A DNA stretch of 64,000 nt from Haliotis rubra (Eukaryota): positions 372,001 through 436,000 of the forward strand of contig NW_025767431.1 of the NCBI RefSeq assembly GCF_003918875.1, given 5' to 3'. The notes below the pieces were generated by a model. The model was not told the origin of the DNA and searched no databases. It saw nothing but the letters and a program-made list of their open reading frames with translations. This document shows, piece by piece, positions 25,210 to 38,895 of this stretch. A program made the translations under genes and the position numbers. Within the stretch, counting starts at the first letter, position 1, and each line of letters starts with the position of its first letter.

Positions 25210-25620
25210 AGCTATTTATTACTCACCCGTTGAAGATATCACTGTTTAATAATTTTACAATGTTATTACACATGGTGTAATAACATCACGTGGTGCCGTA
25301 CGTATGACATAAAATTGGTTAACAGTTATGACGTCACAATGCTAATACCTCTGTCACAATAGTATTAGTACCTTGCTAGACTCGCGGAAAGCTGTCAGCC
25401 ATCACACTCGTTGAATTCTTAGGAAAGAAGTACTTTGCTCGATATTATTTTGCTAATGTTGGGTGAGTAATAAATAAAATACTAAACTATATCTCGTGTA
25501 ATACCATATTTATGAAACTCGTGAATAGTATTGGTATCTACCTCGCTTTCGCTCGTTAGATACCAAACCGTTCACGCGTTTCATAAATATGGTATTACAC
25601 GGGACAAAAATTCTCTATTT
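25210..25620. mobile_element. Non-autonomous DNA element with internal hairpins (ctcgctttcgctcg loop), possibly Crypton-type
   Basis: Hairpin gtgtaataccatatttatgaaac...gtttcataaatatggtattacac; similar hairpins at 41695-41856 and 58968-59100. Confidence 0.55.
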
Positions 25621-26182
25621 ATATCAATTAAATATTTAAAATAAGATCAATATGAAACTAAAATGTGTATGATCACGTGTAATTTATATTGTATTTGTCA
25701 ACTGTATCAAGGGCCTTACGGCCCAAATACTACTGACTAAACTTCTGTTCTGTTCTGAAGGTAGATCACCATACTAGGGTCCATGGGGACATTACGTTCT
25801 CTACCTGCGTGCACCCTAGCTGGATTTACATCGTGCCTTCAGGTGTTGGCGATTGTTCAGACAATATTAAGACACCCATCTTTTTCTTTTAGCGAAGTAG
25901 AACACATTGTATGTTCATTGTATGCTACTGCACATATTAGTTCCGATATCAATAAAGAAACATTCCAAAGCAAGCGTTTTAGCATACTTTTATCCATAGA
26001 CCTGAGTTATCGGCACAGATTTCAAGGAAACTTAAAATTCATTCGCTGCTATTGATAAGACATCAGTGGTCGAACAGGTATTGAGTTCAGTGTGATAAGC
26101 GAAATGGGAAGTTCGAATCCCCAGTAATAATTATTTAACACTTCACGTTAAACCCCTTCCATCGACGGGTGGATTTTGGTAG

Positions 26183-26472
26183 GAGTGAGTAAGTGAGTGA
26201 GTTTAGTTTTACGCCGCACTCAGCAATATTCCAGCTATATGGTGGCGGTCTGTAAATAATCGAGTCTTGACCAGACAATCCAGTGATCAACAGCATGAGC
26301 ATCGATCTGCATGAGCATCGATCTGCACAATTGGGAACCGATGACATGTGTCAACCAAGTCAGCGAATCTGACCACCCGCTCCCGTTAGTCGCCTCATAC
26401 GACAAGCATAGTCGCCTTTTATGGCAAGCACATGGGTTGCTGAAGACCAATTCTACCCCGGATCTTCACGGG
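26183..26472 (-). mobile_element. SINE family 2 with target-site duplication, inserted after the duplication
   Basis: Direct repeat acgggtggattttggtagga at 26165-26184 and 26468-26487; empty site in unit 2 near 43060. Confidence 0.85.
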
Positions 26473-28380
26473 TGGATTTTGGTAGGAAGCCCAAAGTGAT
26501 ACAGGTCTCAGACGATCATCACTTTAGTTAAGACCACAGCATGGAAGTGATGCCGACATACCAAGGCGGGTGCTGGGTTCTAACCCACAATACAGATTGC
26601 TATCATGTCTAAGCAACCAATCATTCAGCGAATTATGACCATTAGAAAGAATGAAATTTGAACGGTTTGATGCAGGTGGTTCCAGTTCAACTAGGGACTG
26701 TGACTAAAAGGTTCCGAACTTAACTACGTGAAAGTATAATATACAAATCATGCTTAACAGTTTCGAGTGTGGAATTCATTCCATGCTTACAGGCTGTATT
26801 TAAACCAAATACACAAGTAGGTAGCGTTTATCAGTAGGGAGTGACCAGGAAGACTTCACAATTGTTCTTCCACATCCAGCGTGTACTTTACCTTTTTGTG
26901 AATGAATTCTCGAATACCATTTTATCAGGCTGGAGACACCATTTCCGGATATGTCCAGATACACGTCGGAAACAATAACGAGTCTGGTTGCACACACCTC
27001 GTTTGGTTGTCCAATTACATAGTTCATAGTAATAATGTCCGTCATATACAAATACGTCATACCGTAATCAACCGTATCACTGTAATATGTAATAAAAATG
27101 TAATAATTCACTGCCACGAAAAATGGAGATGGACTACCCTCTCGTTTATTGCGCTGGGTCCCGTTGTACAAAACGGCCTTTGCGCTAAAGCTACTTTAAG
27201 TGTATGTTAAGGTATGGGAGTTACGGTCATCTTAGCGCTAAGATCGTTTTGTACAACGGCACCCTGACAAGGGTTATGATAAGGATTGGTAAGGGACAAA
27301 GGAAAGCGGAATCAACCTCATGTGTCGGATAAACACTTGCACTAACAATTCATGTCTCTTACAATATTTTACCCACTTGCGAAAAATCTCATGCATTCAA
27401 AAGAATGTATGTAACTACATTTGTACCTATTTACTCTTTACCTGTTTGAAAAAACGAGACGCATATCCATGTCAAGTGGAAGTCAATTGTCATTTAGTCA
27501 TCCGGATCGATCAGAACACTATTAACCATTTAATGTATGCCAGAAAAAGCACAAAAGGACGCACAAACCAGGCCATAGTGTTCGCTTTCATTAGAGAACT
27601 GTTTTTCATGTAACTGGCATTGGCGTAAATATATGAACTGAAACGTAATCGATCTTAACCCAGTAATTTTGTTTATGTATTTCTCACCAAACTCAAACAG
27701 CACTAGAGCATACAGGCGAAATAACTTATTAAATACTAAATTCATTTCATGGTAAATAGTATGGATGTATTTTATGGATGTATAATTGTTTAGCCATATT
27801 TATTCAACCCGCACAAATCACTCTCAGTGTATGCAGACATGAGAAATTCATATATAGTACTATAAGTGTTTTGTCTTTTTAAAGAATATATTGGTATAAA
27901 GTGTATAAAATGGTAGAAAACCTTCAGACTCTTGAAAAGGTTCTTTTTCGTGTCGCGCTATGAACGTGTTTGCAAGCATGGATGTTTTGTTGTTGTCGCT
28001 GTGGTTGTTACCCTTCCAAAACAATACCTGTAAACATTGAATTTCGCAATGTGTCTGGATGAATTGAATAATTCTGCATACACGTGCAGGCTTATACACA
28101 GGTTAGTGTAACCTGTGTACACAAAGGGTGTCGGTAATTTCCCAAGCCCAGACGTCAACCGCCTAACCCCGTTGCCAAAAATACGCCAAAGAGACAAGGC
28201 ACTGTGTGTTTGTGAGAGAGACGCGGAACGATGGTAGAAAATTTCCACTCACATGTGAATGGGCCATGGTTCTGTTTTTTTCTTTTGTCATCAATGCAGT
28301 GTTTTGCCGCACCGTGATATGTCGCAATGATTGTATATTAAACCAAGTATCCACAACCGTCCATCATAAACGAATGGATC

Positions 28381-31300
28381 ATGTCTTGCCACGCAGCATT
28401 CCCAACCATCGGGAAACTGAAAACATTTACAATAACGTTAGATAATCCCGAGGGAGTGTACTCACCGTACGACGACGTCAAGGGTCATGTAAAGGTGGAA
28501 TTGAAAGACAAAATGAAAATGAGAGGTAAGTTCTTGCATTATCACACATTTGGACAATTGCTAGAATAGTAAAAGACAATATGCCACCACATAGACGTTT
28601 CAGTGACAATTACGATATCACAAAATTTATTATGGGAACAGTTAATTGTTTAAAAAAATCCCCGTTTGTTTCCCCCTGTTTGAGGGGTGGGTGGTAAATC
28701 GATCAACATATCCACTCGTTTCCGAAACAGAACTCCGAACTTGGCGAACTTTTGCTGATTTAAATTCTTTTTCTATTATCTATGATTTGTTTGATTTGTT
28801 TTCATGACGACAAGTTGAACTTATACTTATGAGGAGGGTATTGCTCTTTCTGAAGCAGAAATCAAAACGTTGAATATTATTCAATGAAGCTAGCCAAATC
28901 TGACTTTTGGTGAATTCGTGCGTTTTGATGATCAGAGATAATGAAATATTTTGTCTTCTTTGAACTGAAGGTATCCAGTGGCAATGAACCAAAACTGGGG
29001 AACTAGTAACCAAGCAACATTTGCAATTTGCATACTTTTGTTGGTATGTGAATGCATGTTTGTGTGTGTGCGCGCTCTTGCGAGCTGAAGCCGAGCGAGT
29101 GAGAGAGTTAAAATTTAAACTCACATCGGCATTATTTTAGCCATATCGTGACTAGGAGAAATATATAAGATTTGACAAAATAAATATCTTTTGACAAAGG
29201 AGAGTAAAATAACTAGACTATCATAGATTAACACCTAAAACTAGCAATTTATCATAATATACTGGACAAAAATAGTTAGGGATATATGTAAATTTTGAAA
29301 TTATGAATAATGATCTATTTATTCATTGACACACTGATGAAATATCAATAATAAAAATACCAATACACCTAACTTATTTTGTCCAGTATAAAACAATAAT
29401 TAAACTTGCAACAATACAATATAAAAATGGGCGATAGATCGCCAACAACTGAAGGTAGATCACCATAGCTAGAGGCCATGGGGACGTACAGTACTTTTGC
29501 TACTCTTGCTGGATCTATACCATCCCTTCAGATGTTAGCGATTTTGAGCAAATTAGCCATGGATTAAAGGAACACATATACGATTTAAAAACATAGTACA
29601 AATAAATAGACTTTGAATGACGTGGGCTCACGTACCGCTGAAGCTGAAATTATCAGCCTTTTACAGTGTGTTACAATACAATTACAACTATTCGTGTTCT
29701 GGACACATTCCATGATGTGTTCTAGTTAATGTTAACTAATGCCTGGTTGGATGACCACTCACATGAAGTGTTAAATAGGGTTTGAGTTGTTGCTGATTTG
29801 ATGAAGTTAGCCTAAAATGTTTTCTACAAATCGTATCTCTTCAAAAGCTACTTGACTTTTCTACTCACAAGACAGCAAGAGGGGCGTTGAGTCAGCCCAG
29901 TGGTTATAGCATTCGCAGGACCCGGGTTCGACCCTTTTCCTTTATGTCGAGCCCAGAAGTTGTTCAGTCGAGATAGACATTGTATGGTAGACATGTAGAG
30001 GGCATTTCCAAATTTAACTGATCAGTGAAAGAATTATGTCCTTCAAAATTCTCTATTTCTAGGTTTATCATATGTCAGCGTGTGGTTTTCTTGTTTTGGG
30101 GATATTTTTCAGGTGGACAATTTGCCTTTGTATGTGTTTGTGGCTGTTGACACCAGTAGGCCAGGATTTGCTCACGGTGTTTAGAACACCTGGTACCCTT
30201 GCAATTTGATTGTGATTGATAACAAAAGCGACAAAACCTTTTTCACATTCACAAGATTTGATACAACACACTTGATATGGATGTGCAACTTCTTTATCAT
30301 TTACACACGACGTTTCTCGGCGAATACTTGACGAAAATGGGAAAAGAAATTGGGTGACTGATATTAGAGAGTTGTTGTACAAAACTGGTTATGGTTATGT
30401 GTGGTGTAATCACAATGTTCAGTTACATGCAAATTTTATCATATCATTTACACAAAGAATGAAAGATATCTATTTCCAGTCTTGGTCGGAATCACTACTT
30501 CTATCCGAAATTGTTTATACTATAAGCAATGGAAATCGCACCTACGTTTTGAAGACTATATAGCAAATATCGACGTAAAGAAGTTCCGTATACCTACCTC
30601 TCTCTCGTTTTCGTTGCTCTTCCCATGCATTATTTATTGAAACTGGCAGGTATACAGGTATACAGAGAGAAAAAACCCAGAATATGTCAATTATGTAATA
30701 TGAATACTGTTAAGGATGAACTACATTTCCTTCTAATCTGTCCTGTTTATACGACTCTACGAACGATCTACCTGAAGCTATACTATTATAAGCATCCAAG
30801 TGTAAGAACATTAATTTCACTATTACATACATACATACATACATACATTTGTATAGCGCCGATATCCAGCTCAGCTCAGCTGCTCAAAGGCGCTTTGTTT
30901 TCCCCTCGTTCACTGGACGTCAATCTCAACGGCACATCGCATTGTCAATCTCAACTCCCTTGGGAGCATACAACTCTTGCAGAGACTAGGCGCACCGAGT
31001 TAACGGGGCATTCCCATCCTTACGAGGTACCCATTCACAGCTGGGTGGACTGGGACACATAGTCACAGTACTTTGTCCAAGTTTTACTGCACGTTGCTGT
31101 ACCCGCAACTGGGTGTTTGCACGTATTCATGTGGCCACCATCTGGTCATATACCAACGGATTCGTGGGTTCTTTTAAGTGCACAGGGTTGTGTACTGTAC
31201 ACTAGGGGTTGTGACAACACTGAAAGAGTCTGCACACAAAGTTGACTCCAAGGTTTTTACACCCGGTCACAGGTGGGCTCGATCCCGTCACCTCACGCTC

Positions 31301-34300
31301 GCTGGATCACTAGCCTGGCGCTTTAGCCAGTTCGCCCACCGCGCCCCCAACAGATACTACCGCATCACTATTACAGAATCTGGCAATGTACATCTATTTC
31401 GCTATGAGATTAAGAAAAAGTATTTTTACAGAAAAGAATTTATAAATGTAAACTTTAAATGTACTACAGGCTTGTGGCCTTTTTAAGTACTGAAATAAAG
31501 ATTGATTGATTGACTTGCCCCTTCATCATTCACCTGATGAAGGGGCAAGTATTAGCTCAGAAACGTCTTGTGTGAATAATAAAGAAGTTGCACTTCCATA
31601 TCAACTGTGTTGTATTACCCTACCAACTTCTAGATGCCCATCAAACATCTGATCCACAAGATTTGAGTTAATCCCGACTATATCATGGGCACATATTCAT
31701 TACTATCAAATAGGGAATCCAATGATGCCAGGTGTTGGCGAAAGGCTGAGTGTACCCTACCTCGATGGTAAAGATAGATCTGAAAATATAAATGACAGTG
31801 AAAAGCCGCTGTCCCATATTAGATTTGTTGTATGTATCCAATTGACATCATGCTAGACTATAGACCCCCATGGTGATCTACCTTCGGTTGTTGGCAATCT
31901 ATAGCCTGTTTATATATTGTCTTGTCATGTATAGATACAATGTTAAAATTTAATTACTAGTTTTAAAATTTATGTCTGTGATAATCTAGCTGTTTTACTG
32001 TTGACAGGTTTTTATCTTTTACCTTTAAATTTGTAATTCTATCACTTGATTTAGTCACAATATGGCGGGGCGGTGGGGTAGCCTAGTGATTAAAGCGTTG
32101 GCTCGTCACGCCGAAGACCCGGGTTCGAATCCCCACATGGGTAAATGTGTGAAGCCCATTTCTGGTGTCCCTCGCCAGGATGTTGCTGGAATTATTGCTA
32201 AAAGCGGCGTAAAACCAAACTCAGTCAGTCAGTCACAATATGGCTGAAATACTGCCGATGTGACTTAAAACCTTAACGTACTCACTCACTAGATTATTGA
32301 CACATATAGCTGGAATATTTCGTAAAACTAAACTCACTCACTCACTCACTAGATGATTGACCTACTTATCCAGATCAGACTTAGAGGGTATTTGAAATCT
32401 CCTTTACAATATATTGTATTTTTGTAATTATACAAATACGACTGAGTATAATATCAGATGATAATATTTGCTCTTGCCAGGCATCAGACTTCATTTCTAC
32501 GGTGGCGCGGAAGTGGAATGGAAAGAGCTTAAGAAGGTGGGAGACCAAACCTACACGGAGTACTACAGAGCAAATGAAACCTACCTTAACTTTGAAATGG
32601 TTTTATTTGGTAAAGGTATGAAAGTCTGCTACACTTCACATTATTATCATTCAAATGTGTTACCTTTAATGCAGTCAGATAATGGCTTACCTGTGGTCAT
32701 CACCTGCTGAATGATAAAAAATGAGGACTATTTTTATGGATATACAACTTCTTTATTCAAGCACTTGCTTGACAACGATATTAGAATCTATGTCGAAACG
32801 TCGCCTATACAGAGTAAAGAAGTTGTATATCCATAAAAATACTCCTCATTCTTCATCTACCCAACTTCTAGAATGCCAATCAAAGAAGTGCTGTATGATA
32901 GTATAATGAAATTGTGTGCAAAGATCCGGGACCCCGTTCCACAGAGCGATCGGAAAGTCCTGACTGTCGCAACTCTATGTTAAAGAATAGGAGTTGCGAT
33001 CAACATAGTGCTACGATAACTTTGTGGGACAGACCCCGGATCAAGGCCATTGTATTCAAGAACTACTTCTCACACACCAGCAGCCATCAAGCCATATACA
33101 TAGATGCATACCACTGTAGGGGTAGTTTGGTCGAGTTTGTTTGCTAATTGTTTGTTTGAGGTTGCATGGCAGAAGTTGTGCTGTGAGACGTCTGACAACA
33201 AACAAACACTTACAGTGTCATGCACGCCGTGTGATAGACCATGTCTCTGCGAAGGATAGGACATGCTTACCCTTTTCGCTAACAGCTCTTTCCATCGTTG
33301 ATATTCAGTTCTGTTCATATAAGTTTCCCTGTTGTTCTTCCTTTCACTTGTACAACCACTTGTTTCGGGGGACAATCGAGAACGCACAAACAGAATATGA
33401 AACTGCGAATCAAATGTGCAGGTATTGTCTCAATAAGATGCAGTAATCAGATGTTTCTTGGTAAGAACCTCAGCATGTTCAGTTCAGCATATTTAGGAGA
33501 GGTTCAATAGAGATAAGAGGTGAAATTTAGTTTTCTTATATTGTGAGTGAGTTAGTTTTACGCCTCTTGAAGCAATATTCCAGCAATATCACGGCAGGGG
33601 ACACCAGAAATGGGCTTCACACATTGTACCCACGTTGGGAAGCGAAGATCGTCAGCGTGACGAATGAACGCTTCAACCTCTTGGCTACCACACCGCCCCT
33701 TTACACATACAATGCTAACAACATAATGTAAGTGGGATTCTTGTACGGATATGTTAAACATGTCATGCATGTCATGTTATTGTTGTTACGGTTACACGTC
33801 GGAATATGTGGCCACTACATATTGTAAAGAGGTTACGTTAAAGCATCAGCGATATAGATAATAATATTCGTATTGACAAAATATCTGTGTACTTACGTAT
33901 TTTTCATAAAAACGTCTGCCTGAAAACGAAAACACATCTCGACAAAAATACAGCTCTAGATTACACGTACAGCTTCCTGCAATAAAGCAGTCTAAATCTC
34001 AAAAGACTCAATATTTACCATTCACATTTTGTAGCGTCGGGACAAGGGGGAGACAACCCTACTCTACCCGCAGGAAGTTATACATATCCGTTCCGACACC
34101 GGCTGCCAGGACCTCTACCTTCCTCGTTTGAGAGTTATGCGGGGAAAATAAGGTACTGGATCAAAGGTACCATTGACAAGCCATGGAAGTTTAACCACAC
34201 AACGAAAAAGGTTTTTACAGTTGCCGATAAACTCGACCTCAACGATCGCCCCGGAACGAGGGTAAGTGAGAGATACTCCGCAAAATTATTCCATTTCATT

Positions 34301-36715
34301 GTTAACGTAAACAACTTGAAGTAATGATCAAATACGGACCATGCAAGGATAATACACAGTTGTAAGATCCTTGATTGTTGTAAAAAAGAAGATTTGTTCA
34401 TGTGTTTTCAGGGCATTATTGCAAATTATTTTGAATCGAATTAATTAACGAAATAGAAATGCAAGAATATTTGCATATTTATGATTGCAGAAAGCTTCAC
34501 GAGGAGAAGACGAAATTAACCTATGTTGCTTGTGGTGCAAATCTGGGCCAATCAGCTGTAAGTTTGAACTTGACCGAAGTGGCTATGTTCCGGGGGAATC
34601 TATTCCTATCAAAGCGGAGATCATCAACCACAGTAACAGGAGGATGTGGAGGTCACGCGCAGAGCTACACATGGTATATAAGAGTAGTGTGGTATATAAG
34701 ACATGTTTACTTTCAAAGTCAATTTACTTTTCAACTCAACAGTTCCTCTTGCTTGTGGTAGCTCAGGCAATAACAAACATCACACTGGGGTCAACATTGT
34801 GGGAGTGATGGTACTGGTAGAACACCTGGTGTTCAGGGATCCAATGATGTAACTTGTATCACTGTTCAGCCTTTTACTCTAACTGGAATCTGCATCAGCA
34901 GAGACCGCTTATTCTCTTGACGAGGTATTGGTGATTCTAAATATATTTTATATTGTAAAAGAATGAAAACATATAACGGTTGGCCATTTGCTTAAATTTA
35001 GGTACTTTTGTCATTTCAATGTAAGGAATCATGTTGTACAATCAGTTAGTATGCGCCCGTTTATAAAGTAGACGACAATCTGAGTGTGATAATTCATGTT
35101 TACATTTTGGCTCGTTTTAGACCGAGGCGCTTTATTCATTGATCCCATTTTCTCCAGGCCAATAGACTATGTTCTTTGTTCTAGCATGTCAGTTATCACG
35201 CAACCACTAAGTCAGTAACACATACCAAGAAAATAGGGGAAATATCCCACGGAGGAATTCTTCCTGGAGACTCGGATACATGGAATGGAGACCTTCTACC
35301 GATACCACCATTGCTGCCATCTGAACTAAGTGGATGTCGAATCATTGGAATTCAGTATTTTGTGAGGGTAATTGTTCTGGCATTTACGTAAAAGGTTTTT
35401 ACTTACAAATCAGACGTATACGACATTTATAATTGTTTCTTATAGGAAATAATACATTTCTTGACGCCTTTTAGCTAAATAAACGTGCATTCAAATGGGC
35501 TGCTTGTTGTTAACAGTTTACCCGTCGGTGTGGCCAAAATATAAATTACCTTTATTTTTTTTATCTATGGACTACTGTTTGTTATGTTGCAGTTCTGTGT
35601 AGTTCCCGTTGGACCCGCATACCAGTTAGAGATACCGCTCAAAATAATCATCGGAACTATTCCACTCAGAGAATCTGTTCCTCCAAGGCAGGGTCCAAGC
35701 CAGTCGCACCTTCATCAGGAGAGAGCACAGGCTTTTGCTCCATCCACATCACAGCGTGAGTCTTCCTGTTTCTGTGATACTTCCTGAAATCTACAACCAG
35801 GTCCTTGGCAAATACACTAAACTTAACGTCGTATGTTGAAGACGAATCGTGACGTTTGTCGCTCTTACAACCCTAAAAAATACAGTATATTATAATAATA
35901 ATCTGTAAACCGAGAGATCAAACTCAATGTCAGAAATTCGCTACATTGTTAAAGCAACCAAAAAGAGCTATTTTCACCTTCCTTTGCTTCGAAGAAGTGT
36001 TCAGTATCTTAGCCCACGTCGGATGCTCTTTATCAAAAGTCAGCTGACAGTAAGAAACAAAGATTACGGGCATCCCAGCATTTCCAGTCATCTTCTGTGT
36101 CATATGTTTTGTTCATTCAGATACATCGGTAGTTAACCCGTGAAGATAAGAGTCAGAATTGATCTTTAGTAACGCCTGCTTGCCGTAAGAGGCGACTAAC
36201 AGGATCGGGTGGTCAGGCTCGCTGACTTGGTTGACACATGTCATCGGTTCCAATTTGGGTAGATCAATGCTCACTGGATTGTCTGATCCAGACTCGATTA
36301 TTTAGAGACCGCCACCGTATAACTGGGACATTGCTGAGTACAGCTTTTACCAACAAACCAATCAGAAGACAAACATTGATAGTTAAGTCAATATATTTCC
36401 AACACTGAACCCATCTTCTTATTCGTTGTATTAACAAGAGATCCATGTCAGTTACAAGTATGTTTGAGCATGTTCTTTGTAAGTATAATCCATGTATTTT
36501 TCCTCGCCTGAAAAGTAATTTTTTAATGAATTGTCGTTTCAGCAACACCAACCTATGCCGAGAGTACGTTTGGCAAGGTGAACATAAAAGATGTGGACGA
36601 CACTGAGTATACCAAAGGAGACACGGACTATGCTCCAATGTATGCTTACTACAACGAGGGATCAACAGCTGAGTCTGCAACTGGGGACAAAGAGACTTCA
36701 GCTCCTCCGCAGTAG
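28381..36715 (+). CDS. Alpha-arrestin / arrestin domain-containing protein (ARRDC-like), copy 1, 402 aa, lacking PPxY motifs
   Basis: Seven GT-AG exons: 28381-28525, 32481-32615, 34035-34261, 34491-34673, 35185-35367, 35593-35755, 36543-36715 (1209 nt, open frame). Motifs GVYSP..VKGHV, YPF..LP..LPSSFE..GKIRYW, DKPWKF, CCLWC, GYVPGE, IIIGTIPL. The start codon equivalent to copy 2 is ATC (28408); the in-frame ATG is at 28381. Confidence 0.88.
29097..29560 (-). mobile_element. Retroposon family 3
   Basis: cacatcggcattattttagccatatcgtgac...gccaacaactgaaggtagatcaccat. Confidence 0.7.
30332..30830 (+). mobile_element. Non-LTR retrotransposon 3' fragment
   Basis: NWVTDIRELLYKTGYGYVW...SRFRCSSHALFIETGRY...RICQLCNMNTVKDELHFLLICPVY; tail resumes ~31350-31512 (aataaa + gatt repeats). 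Confidence 0.75.
30825..31350 (-). mobile_element. tRNA-derived SINE with a Deu/Nin-like domain
   Basis: cccagtccacccagctgtgaatgggtacc on the minus strand, (ATGT)n tail; second copy at 53075-53520 (+). Confidence 0.7.
31531..31575 (+). ncRNA. Minimal hammerhead-ribozyme-like motif (Penelope type)
   Basis: CTGATGA (31534-31540), degenerate stem II ggggc..gctc, GAAAC, GTC triplet (31565-31567). Confidence 0.5.
32066..32232 (+). mobile_element. SINE family 1, full length, nested in a family-3 element
   Basis: tRNA-like head ggggcggtggggtagcctagtga...ggttcgaatcccc with A and B boxes. Confidence 0.85.
32717..32888. mobile_element. Short palindromic Penelope pLTR-derived insertion
   Basis: Inverted arms gaggactatttttatggatatacaacttcttta / taaagaagttgtatatccataaaaatactcctc; near-perfect 12-bp TSD tgctg(a/t)atgata; absent in copy 2 (~47885). 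Confidence 0.7.
33543..33700 (-). mobile_element. SINE family 1
   Basis: Homology to the family consensus. Confidence 0.8.
36136..36362 (+). mobile_element. SINE family 2 in intron 6, shared with copy 2 (59895-60103) and so predating the duplication
   Basis: Same position in both paralogs. Confidence 0.8.
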
Positions 36716-36800
36716 ATACATCATCATTGCCAGTAGCTGTAACAAAACTGCAGCATTCAGTCTCTCACCAGTAGATAACATATTTATTGCTAGTATAAGT

Positions 36801-36966
36801 AGTATCTGTAACAATGTGCACAGCTAAGATTTCAGCTACTTCTCAGTAGATGCATCTTCATCTAGATGCATAACTAGTATCTGTAACAATGTGCACAGCT
36901 AAGATTTCAGCTACTTCTCAGTAGATGCATCTTCATCTAGATGCATAACTAATATCTGTAACAATG
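36801..36966. repeat. 75-bp tandem repeat in the 3' UTR of ARRDC copy 1
   Basis: Units at 36801, 36876, 36951 (agtatctgtaacaatgtgcacagctaagatttcagctacttctcagtagatgcatc...). Confidence 0.9.
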
Positions 36967-38604
36967 TGATACTTCAGGCAAACCCACCAGTCGGTTTAGT
37001 GCTGAATAACGGACAGTTACATTATTTGTTTCAATCTTTGTGTTAATAAATGTTCGATTTTAGTTTCCCAATACCTCCTAAGATAGTAGTAATCATTATT
37101 GTGATTGAATTATTTTTAGTTATGCAGATTAAACTGATCGATTGTCTGATACTGGTAGAAAAAGGTTTTATTTTGTTCACTTTTTCTTTTTACACATAGC
37201 AGAAAGAGAGGTTATATACATAGAGAAAGAGAGGGTAACTCCACAAATAGTCACGGCATAATAATGTACTTAAGTCTTGATAAGTTGACAAGAATCCTTT
37301 GTATTTAGAGTATTTCAGTATCCACTGCGGGGACAAAAGCTGGTTAGGGGGCCACTTATAAAGTTTCGTCTGTGGTTTTCTGCGTCATAATTTATGGACT
37401 TAATCCACGTACAGGTTACTTTCCTTAGCAGAGCCCAATATAAAAACAAAACAGGAAGATTGCACTTCTTTGTTCTGTATCAATATATTTACATGAACCA
37501 ATATACCCATATTAAAACTGTAATGATATTGCCATACGTATTTCCGATGTTCTCGAAATATAGAACAGCACAGGGTTGTCTGCGAAACGTTGTCATGATT
37601 ATGACTTCACATATGAACTTGACCAAGATCATATATCGTAACCTGTACACGGATTAAGTCCACGATGCTCTCATGGAAACAGCAAAGGGCACCAAATCAG
37701 TTTAAACATTGACAAGTTTCAGTTGTAGAATATGATCTCAAAACGTTTCGATGTTATACTCCAAAACGAATGCTTTTTTTCAGTTTAAATCCGTCTTTCT
37801 TGCGCAGGAAAGTAACTCAAAACGTACCTGTTTAAGAAATTATAAAAAGAAAACAAATATCTGAAACATATAGAAAGTTTTTTAATATAAAATCAAATGA
37901 TGTCCTAGTCTCCAAATGGGTTTGTTCAACAATCTTCAACATTCTGATGATGTGCATAATGGCGTCCATTGAAAAATCAGATATTAACATTGATCGTGAT
38001 TAGAACATTGTTATTGTGAAGCTTTCGAGGGTTTTTAACGTTCGGAGCATTTTTTGAAATGTTAAAATTTGACTCATCACTGTCAAAATGATGTTCGATA
38101 AGATTTCATAAATTCCATGCACCTTATGATCCCATGAGTTTTCGGGTGAACAGATAAATTGCCTTTGCATGTGTTTGTTGCGCTCACCTTTTAAGCGAAT
38201 GCCTTGTAGATATGCAAATACGGAGATATGCAAATATATAAATCATTGAGATATTGTGATATGGGCAACGTTACTCTCATGCTGCGAGGTAAGCAAACAG
38301 CAACTTCCAGACAATCATGAATTGGTCTTGTATATTTTCGAGACGCGATCTGGAACTTGATAGAATATAGGAATTTTGTGATACATGTATCTCCATTGTT
38401 TCCAAACTTTGAGGAAAGGCAAACGTAGCATTCATCAATTTATTTATCTGTTATCAGATTACCACTGATGATCACATAACTGACGAGGTACGACGACAAG
38501 GTAAACCTGGTCGGTGCGTAAAGGGAGATAACCTAGTATGTAAAACTGACACTAGAAGTGACTGAGACCGACATGAACCATACTTCGTTAGTTAGCTGCT
38601 GCAT

Positions 38605-38895
38605 TATTACCCCCCGTCCATGAGTCCCTCCGTCCGTCCGTCCGTCCATGCGAGATGATGGGTACAGATTTTCTCAAAGATAGGGAAACCAAATTTGTTA
38701 TATATTTTCAGGACATGAATTTCTTGATACAGTTCAAAAACGGAAACCGAATTTGTTACAGAAGTATGGCCCTTGTCATGCGCTTCTTGACTTTTTGCAC
38801 TTTGTCCCCTATGGGAACAGATTTTCTCATGAATTTTTTTCAAAATAGGAACAGAACACTGTGGAGGGGGATACTGATGACCATGCCTATTGTTA
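38605..38895 (+). mobile_element. Helentron-associated (HINE/DINE-like) non-autonomous element
   Basis: tattacccccc...(ccgt)n microsatellite...ggagggggatact architecture. Confidence 0.45.

Larger units (their letters stand above)
30250..31666. mobile_element. Palindromic Penelope pLTR-derived element with 12-bp TSD, containing a nested LINE 3' end and a SINE
   Basis: TSD cacaagatttga at 30250-30261 and 31655-31666; arms 30262-30330 and 31545-31615 are inverted; absent at the paralogous site ~47320. Confidence 0.7.

Noticed and set aside
28081-28097. ChoRE (Mondo/Mlx element, as in TXNIP and ARRDC4)
   Set aside because: Only one CACGTG, with no second E-box at 5-bp spacing
32066-32140. tRNA gene
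   Set aside because: tRNA-like head runs into a SINE body and tail found ~10 times in the window
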